A DNA stretch of 42,780 bases from a virus. The stretch is from UHGV virus genome UHGV-0120405; one strand, given 5' to 3'. Shown here piece after piece: positions 20,052 to 30,233 of this stretch (position 1 is its first letter; the number at the start of each line of letters is the position of its first letter). The position numbers were made by a program, and so were the translations under genes. A model generated the notes under the pieces. It made no database searches, had not been told where the DNA came from, and saw nothing but the letters and a program-made list of their open reading frames with translations.

Positions 20052-20077
20052 AGGACAGTTTAAAGCTGTCCTTTTTT
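20052..20077 (+). terminator. rho-independent terminator
   Basis: AGGACAGT-TTAAA-GCTGTCCT followed by a T tract. Confidence 0.6.
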
Positions 20078-20103
20078 GTTGCCTGAAAAAGTTAAATGAT
20101 TAT

Positions 20104-20174
20104 GGGGCTATAGCCAAATGGTAAGGCAAAGGACTTTGACTCCTTTAGTGTAGGTTCGATTCCTACTAGCTCTG
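20104..20174 (+). tRNA. tRNA-Gln(TTG)
   Basis: Acceptor GGGGCTA/TAGCTCT, D arm GCC/GGC, anticodon arm AAGGA-CTTTGAC-TCCTT, T arm GTAGG-TTCGATT-CCTAC; no encoded CCA. Confidence 0.92.
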
Positions 20175-20397
20175 CTAATTTTAATGAAAGGATGTGGTTC
20201 CGTTGGGCTAGTTAAATAAAACAAAACTATAAATGTAACTATAAATAATTTAGTCAGCAAAGGAAATGAGTGTCACAGCTTATTTCCTTTTTTCGTCCTA
20301 AGCAAGACATTTAAAAGGTTTAATATTCTCTTGCAGTAGGAGATATAAACTGCTGTATATCTGTGGGGACACCACATATAAAAACAAGGAGGTTAAT

Positions 20398-21045
20398 ATG
20401 TTATTTTTGAAGGAAGTATTAGGTGAAAAGTATGAGGAGTTTAAAGGAATTATTGACGCGTATAATTCTGAGAACAAAGACAAACAGGTAAAACTGGCTA
20501 ATTTAAGCACAGGCGAATATGTCAGCAAGGCTAAGTATGATGCTTTAGAAGGTGAAAAAAATAATATAGATACACAGTTAAAAACTGCGAATAGCACTAT
20601 TACAGCATTAAAGAAAGACAATAAAGACAATGAAGCTTTACAAACTGAAATAGCAGGCTATAAAACAACAATTACAAACCTCCAAGCAGAAGCAGACAAG
20701 TTTAAGAAAACTTATGCTGTAAAAGAGCTGTTGGTTAAAGAAGGTGTAATTGACCCAGACTATGTTATTTACAAGCAAGGTGGAGTTGATAAGTTTAGCT
20801 TTGATGATAAGGGAGAACCTGTTGGCATTACTGAGGTTGTTAAGTCTTTTAAAGAAGATGCGTCTATGACACATTTATTTAAACAGACACAACCGGCTTA
20901 TGAACCGGCTAGGGGCAGTGGTAGTACAGTAAATCCTTTTGCAAAAGAAACTTTCAATTTAACAGAACAGGGCAAACTTTTAAAAGAAAATCCTGCGCAA
21001 GCAAGAGAAATGGCTACTGCTGCAGGAGTAGAAATTAATTTTTAA
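20398..21045 (+). CDS. head scaffolding protein (GP20-like)
   Basis: GEYVSKAKY, coiled coil, NPFAKETFNLTEQGKL tail; lies before the capsid gene. Confidence 0.88.
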   Translation: MLFLKEVLGEKYEEFKGIIDAYNSENKDKQVKLANLSTGEYVSKAKYDALEGEKNNIDTQLKTANSTITALKKDNKDNEALQTEIAGYKTTITNLQAEADKFKKTYAVKELLVKEGVIDPDYVIYKQGGVDKFSFDDKGEPVGITEVVKSFKEDASMTHLFKQTQPAYEPARGSGSTVNPFAKETFNLTEQGKLLKENPAQAREMATAAGVEINF

Positions 21046-21067
21046 AATAGGAAAGGAGTAATTGAGT

Positions 21068-22066
21068 ATGGCAATTACAAAATTAAGCGATGTTATTGTA
21101 CCAGAGCTTTTTAACCCATATGTTGTAAACAGAACAATGGAGTTATCGGCTCTTTTTAACAGCGGTATAGTAACAAATAATCAGGAATTTAACAAGTTAG
21201 CAAGTGAGGCAGCACCAATTCATAATATGCCATTTTTTGAGGACTTGCAGGGAGAATCAGAACCTATTATTGAAGATGCTGATTTAACACCAAACAAGAT
21301 TACATCAAACAAAGATGTATCTACGACCATTCGCAGAGCGAAAATGTGGGCAGCAACAGACCTTTCTGCTGCGTTAAGTGGCAAGGACCCTATGATGGCT
21401 ATTGGTGATTTGGTTGCAGGCTTCTGGGCAAGAGATAAGCAGAAAGAGCTTATTGCTATTTTAAATGGTGTGTTTGGCTCTTATACAAATGGCAGTTCTG
21501 AAACTGTTACACCTCTTGCAGACCATATTCTTGATATTTCTAAGTCTAAGACAGCCGCTGCACAGATTATAGAAGGTAAGTCTTTCGTAGATGCTTGTCA
21601 GCTTTTAGGTGACGCACAGAGTCAGCTTACAGCTGTGGCTATGCACTCTGCTACTAAGAGTTATCTTAGAAAGTTGGATTTGATTGAAACAGTCAAGGCA
21701 TCATCTGAACTTGAATTTGATATATACCAGGGCAGACGTGTTATTGTTGATGATAGCTGTCCGGTTGCTGACGGTGTGTACACAACATATTTATTTGGTG
21801 ACGGTGCTATTGCCTACGGCGAAGGTAGCCCAGTAGGTCATGTAGCGACAGAGATTGACAGAGATAAGAAGAAAGGCTCTGGCGTTGATTATCTTATTAA
21901 TAGAAGTGCATTTATCTTACATCCACGCGGTGTTAAGTGGACTAATACAGTTAGAGCTAACGTTGAAACACCTACTAGAACAGAGCTTGCCAATGCGCAG
22001 AACTGGGAAAGAGTATATGAACCTAAGCAGATTAGAATTGTTGCTTTCAAGCATAAGTTAGGGTGA
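21068..22066 (+). CDS. major capsid protein
   Basis: TKLSDVIVPELFNPYV...LANAQNWERVYEPKQIRIV; size and position fit. Confidence 0.93.
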   Translation: MAITKLSDVIVPELFNPYVVNRTMELSALFNSGIVTNNQEFNKLASEAAPIHNMPFFEDLQGESEPIIEDADLTPNKITSNKDVSTTIRRAKMWAATDLSAALSGKDPMMAIGDLVAGFWARDKQKELIAILNGVFGSYTNGSSETVTPLADHILDISKSKTAAAQIIEGKSFVDACQLLGDAQSQLTAVAMHSATKSYLRKLDLIETVKASSELEFDIYQGRRVIVDDSCPVADGVYTTYLFGDGAIAYGEGSPVGHVATEIDRDKKKGSGVDYLINRSAFILHPRGVKWTNTVRANVETPTRTELANAQNWERVYEPKQIRIVAFKHKLG

Positions 22067-22070
22067 TTAT

Positions 22071-22463
22071 GTGATTAAAGAATGTGATGTAACTGAGAAA
22101 CTTAAATCACTAGGCTATAATGTTAATGATAGTGATTTAGTGCTTATTCAATTTGCGATAAATGGAACAGAGCAGTATATAAAGAATTTTTGTAACATTA
22201 CTGTTATTCCACCTGAGCTTTATTTTGTTGCGGTTGATATGGCAGCAGGTACACTATTAAAAACTAAGTCTAGCGTTGGTGAAAATGTTTGTGATAGCAT
22301 TGACTTTAACGCAGGAAGAATAAGTAATATATCTGAAGGGGACACAAGTGTAGGCTATACTTATGATAATAATACAAGTGCGGCTTCAAGATATATTACT
22401 TTATTAGATAAGCTTTGTAATAGAGATGCTGAACTTATCGCATTTAGAAAGTTAAGGTGGTAA
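22071..22463 (+). CDS. head-tail connector/adaptor
   Basis: IKNFCN...IPPEL, ISEGDTSV, FRKLRW. Confidence 0.82.
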   Translation: MIKECDVTEKLKSLGYNVNDSDLVLIQFAINGTEQYIKNFCNITVIPPELYFVAVDMAAGTLLKTKSSVGENVCDSIDFNAGRISNISEGDTSVGYTYDNNTSAASRYITLLDKLCNRDAELIAFRKLRW

Positions 22464-22837
22464 GAATGAGTGTTTTTAATTCTGCAAGAAAACATATAGA
22501 AAGTTTGTATAGTGGAACTTGCTCAGTATATGAGCTTAATAATATCCGAGATGAAGATACAAAACAAACAAGGCAAATTGAGCAGATGATTGTTGAAAAT
22601 CAACCTTGTAGAATTTCTTTTGAAACCACATCACCTACAGCTAAAAATAATGATACAGTACAAGAAAAAGTACAAAATATAAAGCTTTTTATGTCGCCCG
22701 ATTTGACTATACCACCTGGCTCAAAAATAGTTGTTAATCAAAATAATCGCGAAGGCATTTATAAAAGCTCTGGGGTACCTGCTATGTATGCAACCCATCA
22801 AGAAATAGCTCTGGAAATATTTGAAAGGTGGGGTTAA
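22457..22837 (+). CDS. head closure protein (XkdH-like)
   Basis: PCRISF, KLF..PD..IPPGSKI.V, HQEI. Confidence 0.75.
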   Translation: MVRMSVFNSARKHIESLYSGTCSVYELNNIRDEDTKQTRQIEQMIVENQPCRISFETTSPTAKNNDTVQEKVQNIKLFMSPDLTIPPGSKIVVNQNNREGIYKSSGVPAMYATHQEIALEIFERWG

Positions 22838-22840
22838 ATT

Positions 22841-23248
22841 ATGGCAAAGACCGGTAGATGCGATTTTAGTGAATTAAAAAAATTTGCAAAACATTTAGAA
22901 AAGCAAGAAATCAAAGCTAAAGCTATGATTGAACGCTGTATAAATGATTTAGGTGCTGAGGTATTAGCAAGAGCTAAACTTCGAACTCCAGTTGATACTG
23001 GTAACCTTAAAAGAGCTTGGACTGTATCAAGTATTACGCGTACAGGTAATTGTTATAAGGTAATCGTAAGTAATAATCTTGAATATGCTGCTTATGTTGA
23101 ATATGGACACAGAACTGTGAACCACAGAAAATGGGTACCTGGAAAGTTTATGTTGACTATATCAACAAAAGAAGTGGATAAACTTACTCCTGCTGTACTT
23201 GAAAGGCGTGTGCGAAACTTCCTTAATCAGGTGATGCGTTATGATTAA
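22841..23248 (+). CDS. HK97 gp10-family tail completion protein
   Basis: TPVDTGNLKRAW, YAAYVEYGHR. Confidence 0.88.
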   Translation: MAKTGRCDFSELKKFAKHLEKQEIKAKAMIERCINDLGAEVLARAKLRTPVDTGNLKRAWTVSSITRTGNCYKVIVSNNLEYAAYVEYGHRTVNHRKWVPGKFMLTISTKEVDKLTPAVLERRVRNFLNQVMRYD

Positions 23249-23669
23249 TAAGATTATTAAAGGGATAAGCCAAGCTCTCTATAGTGAATTTGGCGAAGAA
23301 TACAACATTTATACAGAAGATGTAGAGCAAGGTTTGAAAGAGCCTTGCTTTTTTGTTCAGTGCATAAATCCTAAAATAACTAGGTTTTGTGGAAATCGTT
23401 ATTATAGAGAAAATCAATTTGCAATTCAGTATTTTCCTAAATCTAAGGACTATAGAGCAGAATGTTTTAGTGTTATAGATAGAATGTATAAAGCGCTTGA
23501 ATTCATAGAACTTGACTCTGAACCGTTATTAGGAAAAGGTATTGATACAAATATTTATGATGGTGTTTTAACATTAACAATAAATTATGATATGTTCGTC
23601 ATTGTTGAAAATGATGTTGAAAAAATGGAAATTCTTATACAGAAAGGAATGATAAAAAATGGCAACTAG
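23241..23669 (+). CDS. tail terminator protein
   Basis: IYTEDVEQGLKEPCFF, QYFP; position before the sheath. Confidence 0.78.
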   Translation: MINKIIKGISQALYSEFGEEYNIYTEDVEQGLKEPCFFVQCINPKITRFCGNRYYRENQFAIQYFPKSKDYRAECFSVIDRMYKALEFIELDSEPLLGKGIDTNIYDGVLTLTINYDMFVIVENDVEKMEILIQKGMIKNGN

Positions 23670-23898
23670 AAAATCTACAGCTGTGGAAACTACAGCATTA
23701 AACTCAATTGAAGCTACTGAAGAAAAGCCAATCGAAGCTGTAATAGAAGCAGAAGCAAGTTATTCTAAAGAACAAATTACAGCGAGTAAAAAGTATTTAA
23801 AATACATTGATGTGTTAAATACGATATTAGGCAATCGTAAATATACTTTTAGCGAAGTAGACCAGTTACTTAAAGAATTTTTAGAGAGTGAGGTGTAA
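23659..23898 (+). CDS. small conserved protein upstream of the sheath
   Basis: YSKEQI..SKKY...KYT.SEVD.LLKEFL; RBS GAAAGGA. Confidence 0.7.
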   Translation: MATRKSTAVETTALNSIEATEEKPIEAVIEAEASYSKEQITASKKYLKYIDVLNTILGNRKYTFSEVDQLLKEFLESEV

Positions 23899-23901
23899 AA
23901 T

Positions 23902-25668
23902 ATGGCTTTAGGTGGAGGTACTTTTGTAACCCAGAATAAGGTTTTACCAGGTGCGTATATCAACTTTATATCAACATCAAATACAGGTGTTGTATTTGGA
24001 GAAAGAGGTGTGTGTGCTGCACCATTAAATCTTAATTGGGGTGTTGAAGATGAAGTTATTGAATTAACAGCAGAAGAATTTGAAAAAAATTCACTAAAAA
24101 TATTTGGTTATCCATATACAGATGATGCAATGAAGCCTTATAGAGATTTATTTAAGAATGCACAAAAATGCTATTTTTATAGAGTAAATAGTGGCGGCTC
24201 TGCAAGTGCTGAACTTGCTTCTGCAAAATGCCCAGGTACAAGAGGAAATGATATTTTTTATACCGTTGCAAAGAATGCAGATAAAACTGATTTGTATGAT
24301 GTGTGTACTTATATGCGTAGCGTAGATAAGAATGTTGAATCTAATAAACTTTATGATTTTGGAAATGCAAAAACCGGAAATACAACACCTACTATTGCAA
24401 GTGCATTTCCTGATATTATAAATGTTGGTGGAAAAGCCGCTATACAACAGGATAATTCAGATGGTAATAACCCTTGGTCTTGCTGGATTGATGAGGTAAG
24501 AGAAGGTACAGATATTGATGAAAATGGTAAGCCTAGCAGTAGGGCTTTATGTTTTGCAAATTTGGTTGTTCCTTGTAAGATTAAAGTTACTTGTATTAAT
24601 AACACACAAGGTGCTGTTAAAATTTTCTCAGACGGTGCAAATCCCGCAACAGTTGACTCACAAGTACGCGGAGATGTTGCAACTTTTACAATTACAGCTG
24701 ATGATGAAGCAACAAAAGATATTTATGTATATGGTGTAAGTAAGATAAGAATATCTAAAATTGAAATAGTATACGACGGTGCTATTTCAGATACTCTTGT
24801 AGATAAGCAGACTGTTAGTGGAATAGATAAATTAGTCGATAATGATTTTGTGTTTTGGAAGCGTAGCGCATCTTTAAAAGAAACATCAGGAACTTTTTTA
24901 ACTGGTGGTATGGCAATAAAGGCTACAGGCTCAAGTTATCAAAGCTTTTTATCTGCTATAGAAAGTTATTCTTTTAATACTCTTATCTGTGATTCTACTT
25001 CTGATGTAATCAAATCTCTTTTTGTAAGTTTTACAAAAAGAATGAGAGATAGAGCAGGTATTAAATTTCAGACCATTGTGCATAATTATGCCGCCGATTA
25101 TGAAGGCGTAATAAATTTAACAACAGATGCTGAAAAAAATACTGAAAGTCTTATTTGGTGGTTAGGTGGTGCAGAGTCATCTTGTGAAATTAACAAGAGT
25201 TGCACTAATAAAAAATATGATGGAGAATATACACCTGTTTGCTCTGACACACAGACAGGTCTTGAGCAGGCAATCAACAACGGTGAATTAAAGCTTCATA
25301 AAGTAGGTTCTGATTATAGAATTCTTACCGATATTAATTCATTGGTTACAACAACATCTGAAAAGAGTGATTTATTTTGCTCTAATCAAACCATGCGAGT
25401 ATGCGACCAAATCGGTATGGATATAGCAACAATATTTAATACTCGTTATCTTGGTGTAATGCCTAACGATAATGCAGGTAGAATTGCACTTTGGGCAGAT
25501 ATTGTAAAGTACCTAAAGAATCTTGAAACTCTTAGAGCTATTGAAGATTTTACAGATACAGATGTTGTTGTAGAACAAGGAGAAGTTAAGAAAGCTGTTG
25601 TTGTTAATACACCTGTAACAGTTGTAAATTGCATGGAGCAATTATATATGACTGTAAAAGTTAATTAA
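23902..25668 (+). CDS. contractile tail sheath (XkdK-like) with an inserted domain
   Basis: MALGGGTF..QNKVLPGAYINF, DINSL, N...RV.D, ME.LYMTV. Confidence 0.93.
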   Translation: MALGGGTFVTQNKVLPGAYINFISTSNTGVVFGERGVCAAPLNLNWGVEDEVIELTAEEFEKNSLKIFGYPYTDDAMKPYRDLFKNAQKCYFYRVNSGGSASAELASAKCPGTRGNDIFYTVAKNADKTDLYDVCTYMRSVDKNVESNKLYDFGNAKTGNTTPTIASAFPDIINVGGKAAIQQDNSDGNNPWSCWIDEVREGTDIDENGKPSSRALCFANLVVPCKIKVTCINNTQGAVKIFSDGANPATVDSQVRGDVATFTITADDEATKDIYVYGVSKIRISKIEIVYDGAISDTLVDKQTVSGIDKLVDNDFVFWKRSASLKETSGTFLTGGMAIKATGSSYQSFLSAIESYSFNTLICDSTSDVIKSLFVSFTKRMRDRAGIKFQTIVHNYAADYEGVINLTTDAEKNTESLIWWLGGAESSCEINKSCTNKKYDGEYTPVCSDTQTGLEQAINNGELKLHKVGSDYRILTDINSLVTTTSEKSDLFCSNQTMRVCDQIGMDIATIFNTRYLGVMPNDNAGRIALWADIVKYLKNLETLRAIEDFTDTDVVVEQGEVKKAVVVNTPVTVVNCMEQLYMTVKVN

Positions 25669-25683
25669 GGAGGTTAGAATATA

Positions 25684-26166
25684 ATGGCTAAAAACATAAC
25701 AATGAATGCAAAAGATGCTATTGCAGCAAAATTAGCTAAATGTTTTATAACATTAAATGGGAATAGGTATAATTTTGCAAATATGATTGATATGGAAGTA
25801 AAGCTTGAAAAAGCAAAGTCAACTATACCAAGGCTTGGTGCGATTATGACCGGACACAAGTCAACAGGTATGGAAGGCACTTTTAGTGGTACAATGCACT
25901 ACAATCAGTCAGTGCTTAGAAAAGTTCTTGAAGATTATAAGAATACAGGCGAAGATGTATACTTTGATATGCAAATTGAAAATAATGACCCAACTTCTAC
26001 TGCAAAAAGTCAGACTGTTATACTTTATGACTGTAATACTGACGGTGGTATTCTTGCTAAGTTTGATGCAGATGGCGAATATATTGATGAAGAAATAGAA
26101 GGTACATTTGAGGACTTCTCAATCCCTGAAAGCTTTAAACAGCTTGATGGTTTTTTAGCTAACTAA
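25684..26166 (+). CDS. tail tube protein (XkdM-like)
   Basis: GHK..G.EGT, YFDMQIENNDPTS, FTFEDF-like end (GTFEDF). Confidence 0.92.
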   Translation: MAKNITMNAKDAIAAKLAKCFITLNGNRYNFANMIDMEVKLEKAKSTIPRLGAIMTGHKSTGMEGTFSGTMHYNQSVLRKVLEDYKNTGEDVYFDMQIENNDPTSTAKSQTVILYDCNTDGGILAKFDADGEYIDEEIEGTFEDFSIPESFKQLDGFLAN

Positions 26167-26173
26167 ATATTTT

Positions 26174-26204
26174 GGCAGGCTATTTAATACAGCCTGCCTT
26201 ATTT
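26174..26204 (+). terminator. stem-loop after the tail tube gene
   Basis: GGCAGGCT...AGCCTGCC followed by TTATTT. Confidence 0.6.
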
Positions 26205-26234
26205 GTTTTTATTATAATTATGGAGGATAAAATT

Positions 26235-26666
26235 ATGTCAAAATTTAATGCTTTTATGAAGGCTAACAAAGTGGTAAAGGAAAATGTAAGACGCGTTGCA
26301 ACAACATCTATTGTTGATGAAAACGGTAAGAGTCCAGAATGGGAATTTAGACATATTACCACAAAGGAAAATAAGGAATTAAGAGAAAAGAATATTAAAG
26401 AAGTGCCTATTCCAGGTAAATTTGGTGCGTTTAGACAGAGAATTAATGGTGAAGCCTATGTGCTTGATATGATTGTCGCATCTACAGTTACACCTAATCT
26501 TTATGATGCCGAGCTTCAGGACAGCTATGGCGTAAACACACCAGAGGACCTTTTAATGGCTATGTTAGATAACCCTGGTGAATATGATGACCTTGCCGCT
26601 TTTATTCAGAAGTACAATGGCTATAATAAGGAAATTAATGAAAAAATTGAAGAAGCAAAAAACTAA
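26235..26666 (+). CDS. tail assembly chaperone (XkdN-like)
   Basis: PNLYDAELQDSYGV..PEDLL...PGEY...EEAKN; RBS GGAGG. Confidence 0.88.
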   Translation: MSKFNAFMKANKVVKENVRRVATTSIVDENGKSPEWEFRHITTKENKELREKNIKEVPIPGKFGAFRQRINGEAYVLDMIVASTVTPNLYDAELQDSYGVNTPEDLLMAMLDNPGEYDDLAAFIQKYNGYNKEINEKIEEAKN

Positions 26667-26845
26667 TAGAAACAGACAGTGAAGCAAGTTTTGTATATTA
26701 CTGTCTGTTTGAATTACATATTAGACCTTGCGAATTTGTTGATATGGATGAGCAAGAAAAAGCTTTTATTTTTGCAGCTGTAGAGCGAAAAGTAAAAGAA
26801 GATGAAAAACAAAAGAAGAAGATGAAAAAAGCTAAAAAGAGGTGA
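26657..26845 (+). CDS. -1 frameshift extension of the tail chaperone
   Basis: Slippery heptamer A AAA AAC at 26657-26663; the -1 frame is open to TGA 26845 (LIETDSEASFVYYCLFELHIRPCEF...EKAFIFAAVE...). Confidence 0.82.
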   Translation, partial: KKLIETDSEASFVYYCLFELHIRPCEFVDMDEQEKAFIFAAVERKVKEDEKQKKKMKKAKKR

Positions 26846-26850
26846 GTGTA

Positions 26851-29451
26851 TTGACAATATCAAGTTCTATTGAGTTATATGACAATTTTAGTAGTACATT
26901 TACATCTATGCACTCAGCAATGAACTTAATGCTTTCAGGAATTAATGATATTCAATCTGCTTTAGATGCCGACATAGATATGAGTTCGTTTGAAGGGGCA
27001 AAAGAATGTTTAAAGGAAGCTGAAACAGCCGCAAAAGTTTGTCAAGAACAAATTGAAGCACTAAAGCAGTCTTCTCAGAACATCCCACCTGTTAAAGTTC
27101 CAGTAACTTATGATTTTGAAAATGTAGGACCTTTAGTTTTTACAAACACCGGGGTTGAAAGATTTAATCAAGAAATTGCTAATGCTAATACCTTAATGGA
27201 AAATCTTATTGCGACACAATCTACTATTAATAGTAATTCTGCAAGCGTTCTAAGACCTAACCAAACAGCAGAATTAAATAATACATTAGGTAGATTAACA
27301 GCTATACAGCAAAGAATACAGCAAATTGAAAATAACCCAGTTAATATTGGTTCAGATACTGCTAATGCAGGACTTGAATATTTGAGAACACAATTATATC
27401 AAGCAACACAAGCACAAACAAGATTAAATAGTGCTTTAACAAATATGGACCCTGCTACAGCAAATGCAGAATACGCAAGACTTGTAGCAAATATTAGCAG
27501 TGCAGAAAGGTATATTAGAGATAATGTTTCTGAACAGGGTAAATTTAATCAGGAAATTGCAAAAGGAACTAATGCTACAAATGGACTTCTAAGCAAGCTT
27601 AAAGGAATTACTGCTGCGTATTTAAGTATAAAAGGTGCAGGACAAGTTTTAGGCTTGTCAGATGAAGTAACGCAAACGCAAGCAAGATTAAATTTACTTT
27701 TAGATAACTTTAATGAAACAGGTAGTGTAGATGATTTATTTAAAAAAATATATGCTTCTGCACAAGATGCAAGAGGTTCTTTAACAGATACCGCCGCTGT
27801 TGTTGCTAGATTTGGTAATAATGCAAAAGATGCTTTTAGTGGTTCAGATGAAGTAGTTGCTTTTGCTAATTTAGTACAAAAGCAAATGACAATCGCAGGT
27901 GCTACTACAAGTGAAGCATCTAATGCTATGTTACAGTTATCACAGGCATTAGGCTCTGGCGTACTTCGAGGTGATGAATTAAATTCTATCTTTGAAAATG
28001 CTCCAAACCTTATCCAAAATATAGCTGATTACCTAGGAAAACCTATCGGTGAAATACGAGAAATGGCTGCCGATGGAATGATTACCGCAGATGTTGTTAA
28101 AAATGCTATTTTTGAAGCAAGTGATGAAATAAATGAAAGATTTGAAAAGATGCCTTTGACTTGGGGACAAATGTGGACAAAGTTCCAAAATACGGCAACT
28201 ATGGCTTTTAAACCTGTACTAGATAGGCTGAATGAACTTGCTAATAGTGAAGGATTTCAGAATTTTGTAACAGGAGCAATAGAAGTTTTAGCTGTTTTAG
28301 CTGATGTGGTTATTGATATTTTTGAAGCTATTGGAAATATAGCAGGATTTGTAGCTCAAAATTGGAATGTCATAGGACCTATTATATATGGTGTAGCCGC
28401 TGCTTTAGCTATATACTATGGTTGGCTATTACTTATTAAAGCTATCGAACTTATTAGCACAGGTGTAAAAATAGCATTATGTATGGCTTCATTTGCTCAT
28501 GCTGCCGCAACAGGAACAGAAGCGTCTGCTACTGCTGCTGCAACAGCGGCACAATATGGCTTAAATACAGCTATTTTATCTTGCCCTATATTTTGGATAA
28601 TTATATTAATTATTGCATTAATAGCTATATTAATAGCTCTATGTAATTGGATTGCAGATGTAACCGGTGTAGCACAATCAGCACTAGGTATAATATGTGG
28701 AGCTTTAGCTGTTGCAGGAGCTTTTATTTATAATACTGTAGTCGGCTTACTTAATGGAATAATGCAAATAATTTGGTCTATTTTTGTTACTCCATTTTTA
28801 GGCATAATAGAGTGGATTTTAAATGCTTGTAACGGTGGATTTAATAGCTTTGGTGACGCAGTAGCAAATCTTATTGGGCAAATTATTTCTTGGTTCTTAG
28901 ATTTAGGTAAGGTTGTTACAAAGATAATAGATGCAATTTTTGGTACAGACTGGACTGCTGGACTTTCAAGTTTACAGGATAATGTACTTGCGTGGGGTAA
29001 AAATGAAAATGCTATAACAATAAGCAGAGATGCCCCAGAAGTTCCATTACAAAGAGTGGAATATGGCACAGCATGGAATGTGGGTGTTGAATTCGGCGAC
29101 AAGGTTTCAAGTACTATTTCAGATAAAATATCAGGTGCATCTGATTGGCTTAAGAATAATGCAGAAGATTTGTTAAATCCAACTACAGACTCTGGCGAAG
29201 ATGCTCTTAATGGAATTAAGTCAAATACTGATGATATTAAGAAAGAAGTTAAGCATTCAGATGATATTTTAAGTATGATAAAAGATAGTGTAAGCAAAGA
29301 AAGAATTGCAAACTATACAACTAAACAAATAACAGTAGATATGTCAGGTATGTCAAACCAAATTGCGAGCAGCTTAAGTATTGGTGATGTTGTGCGTGAG
29401 ATGGAAAAGCGTATAACAGAAGCCGCAGCGGTATCGGTAGAGGGGGTGTAA
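26851..29451 (+). CDS. tape measure protein
   Basis: QLSQALGSGVLRGDELNSI tape-measure domain and hydrophobic repeats; TTG start after GAGGTG. Confidence 0.93.
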   Translation: MTISSSIELYDNFSSTFTSMHSAMNLMLSGINDIQSALDADIDMSSFEGAKECLKEAETAAKVCQEQIEALKQSSQNIPPVKVPVTYDFENVGPLVFTNTGVERFNQEIANANTLMENLIATQSTINSNSASVLRPNQTAELNNTLGRLTAIQQRIQQIENNPVNIGSDTANAGLEYLRTQLYQATQAQTRLNSALTNMDPATANAEYARLVANISSAERYIRDNVSEQGKFNQEIAKGTNATNGLLSKLKGITAAYLSIKGAGQVLGLSDEVTQTQARLNLLLDNFNETGSVDDLFKKIYASAQDARGSLTDTAAVVARFGNNAKDAFSGSDEVVAFANLVQKQMTIAGATTSEASNAMLQLSQALGSGVLRGDELNSIFENAPNLIQNIADYLGKPIGEIREMAADGMITADVVKNAIFEASDEINERFEKMPLTWGQMWTKFQNTATMAFKPVLDRLNELANSEGFQNFVTGAIEVLAVLADVVIDIFEAIGNIAGFVAQNWNVIGPIIYGVAAALAIYYGWLLLIKAIELISTGVKIALCMASFAHAAATGTEASATAAATAAQYGLNTAILSCPIFWIIILIIALIAILIALCNWIADVTGVAQSALGIICGALAVAGAFIYNTVVGLLNGIMQIIWSIFVTPFLGIIEWILNACNGGFNSFGDAVANLIGQIISWFLDLGKVVTKIIDAIFGTDWTAGLSSLQDNVLAWGKNENAITISRDAPEVPLQRVEYGTAWNVGVEFGDKVSSTISDKISGASDWLKNNAEDLLNPTTDSGEDALNGIKSNTDDIKKEVKHSDDILSMIKDSVSKERIANYTTKQITVDMSGMSNQIASSLSIGDVVREMEKRITEAAAVSVEGV

Positions 29452-29454
29452 GAA

Positions 29455-30216
29455 ATGGCATATTTAATTTATGTTGAAAATGTTCTAATGCCTGTAACAC
29501 CATCTAAGATAACTCGAAAAGTCCCAGGTAAAAATGAAGAAATAGAGCTTTTAGGTGGAAAAACGGTTCTTAATTTGCAAGAACCTGGTTTAACTGAATG
29601 GTCTATGGATTTTTTACTACCCAAAGTAAAGTATCCATTTGTAAATATAATTTCTGACAAGCAAGAATTAAGGTCACAAGATTTTTACCTTACACATTTT
29701 AATACATTAATGGCAAAAGCAAAACCTTTTGACTTCATGATAATAAGAACTAAACCTAATGGGGTTTGGGATTTAGGGGAAGAAAATGGGACCTTTAAAA
29801 TTGATATTCCTAACAATGATACTGAAAATCCAGTATACGTAAATGATTTAGACGGTATTTTAAATAAATGTAAATGTACAATTGAAGAATTTACAGATGA
29901 AGATAATACTGACAACGGATTTGACAAAGTAATTAGTGTCACTTTTAAAAAATATTTAGATTATAGTACAAAGACTGTTAAATTAGTTACAGATAAAAAG
30001 ACTAATAAAACTACAGCTACTACTGTAAAAGCTAGAGATACGAGTAGTAAAACTACACCATCTACATATACAGTTAAGCCTGGTGACTATTTAATATTAA
30101 TATGTAAAAAAGAATTGGGTGACGGAAGTAAGTGGAAAGAAGTATACAATCTAAATAAAGATAAAATCAAAAATCCTAATCTTATTTACCCAGGACAGGT
30201 ACTAAAACTTAAGTAA
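29455..30216 (+). CDS. LysM tail tube initiator (XkdP-like)
   Basis: MPVTPSKI; C-terminal YTVKPGD...IKNPNLIYPGQVL. Confidence 0.9.
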   Translation: MAYLIYVENVLMPVTPSKITRKVPGKNEEIELLGGKTVLNLQEPGLTEWSMDFLLPKVKYPFVNIISDKQELRSQDFYLTHFNTLMAKAKPFDFMIIRTKPNGVWDLGEENGTFKIDIPNNDTENPVYVNDLDGILNKCKCTIEEFTDEDNTDNGFDKVISVTFKKYLDYSTKTVKLVTDKKTNKTTATTVKARDTSSKTTPSTYTVKPGDYLILICKKELGDGSKWKEVYNLNKDKIKNPNLIYPGQVLKLK

Positions 30217-30233
30217 TAAGGGGGTGTTGCTTT

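Noticed and set aside
20104..20174. tRNA as the integration site
   Set aside because: It lies inside the head module; the arm and core repeats are next to the integrase at 37.5-37.7 kb.
28728..29297. Long antisense ORFs within structural genes (also 33565..34023, 17618..18040, 10505..10906)
   Set aside because: Shadow frames of well-supported plus-strand genes.
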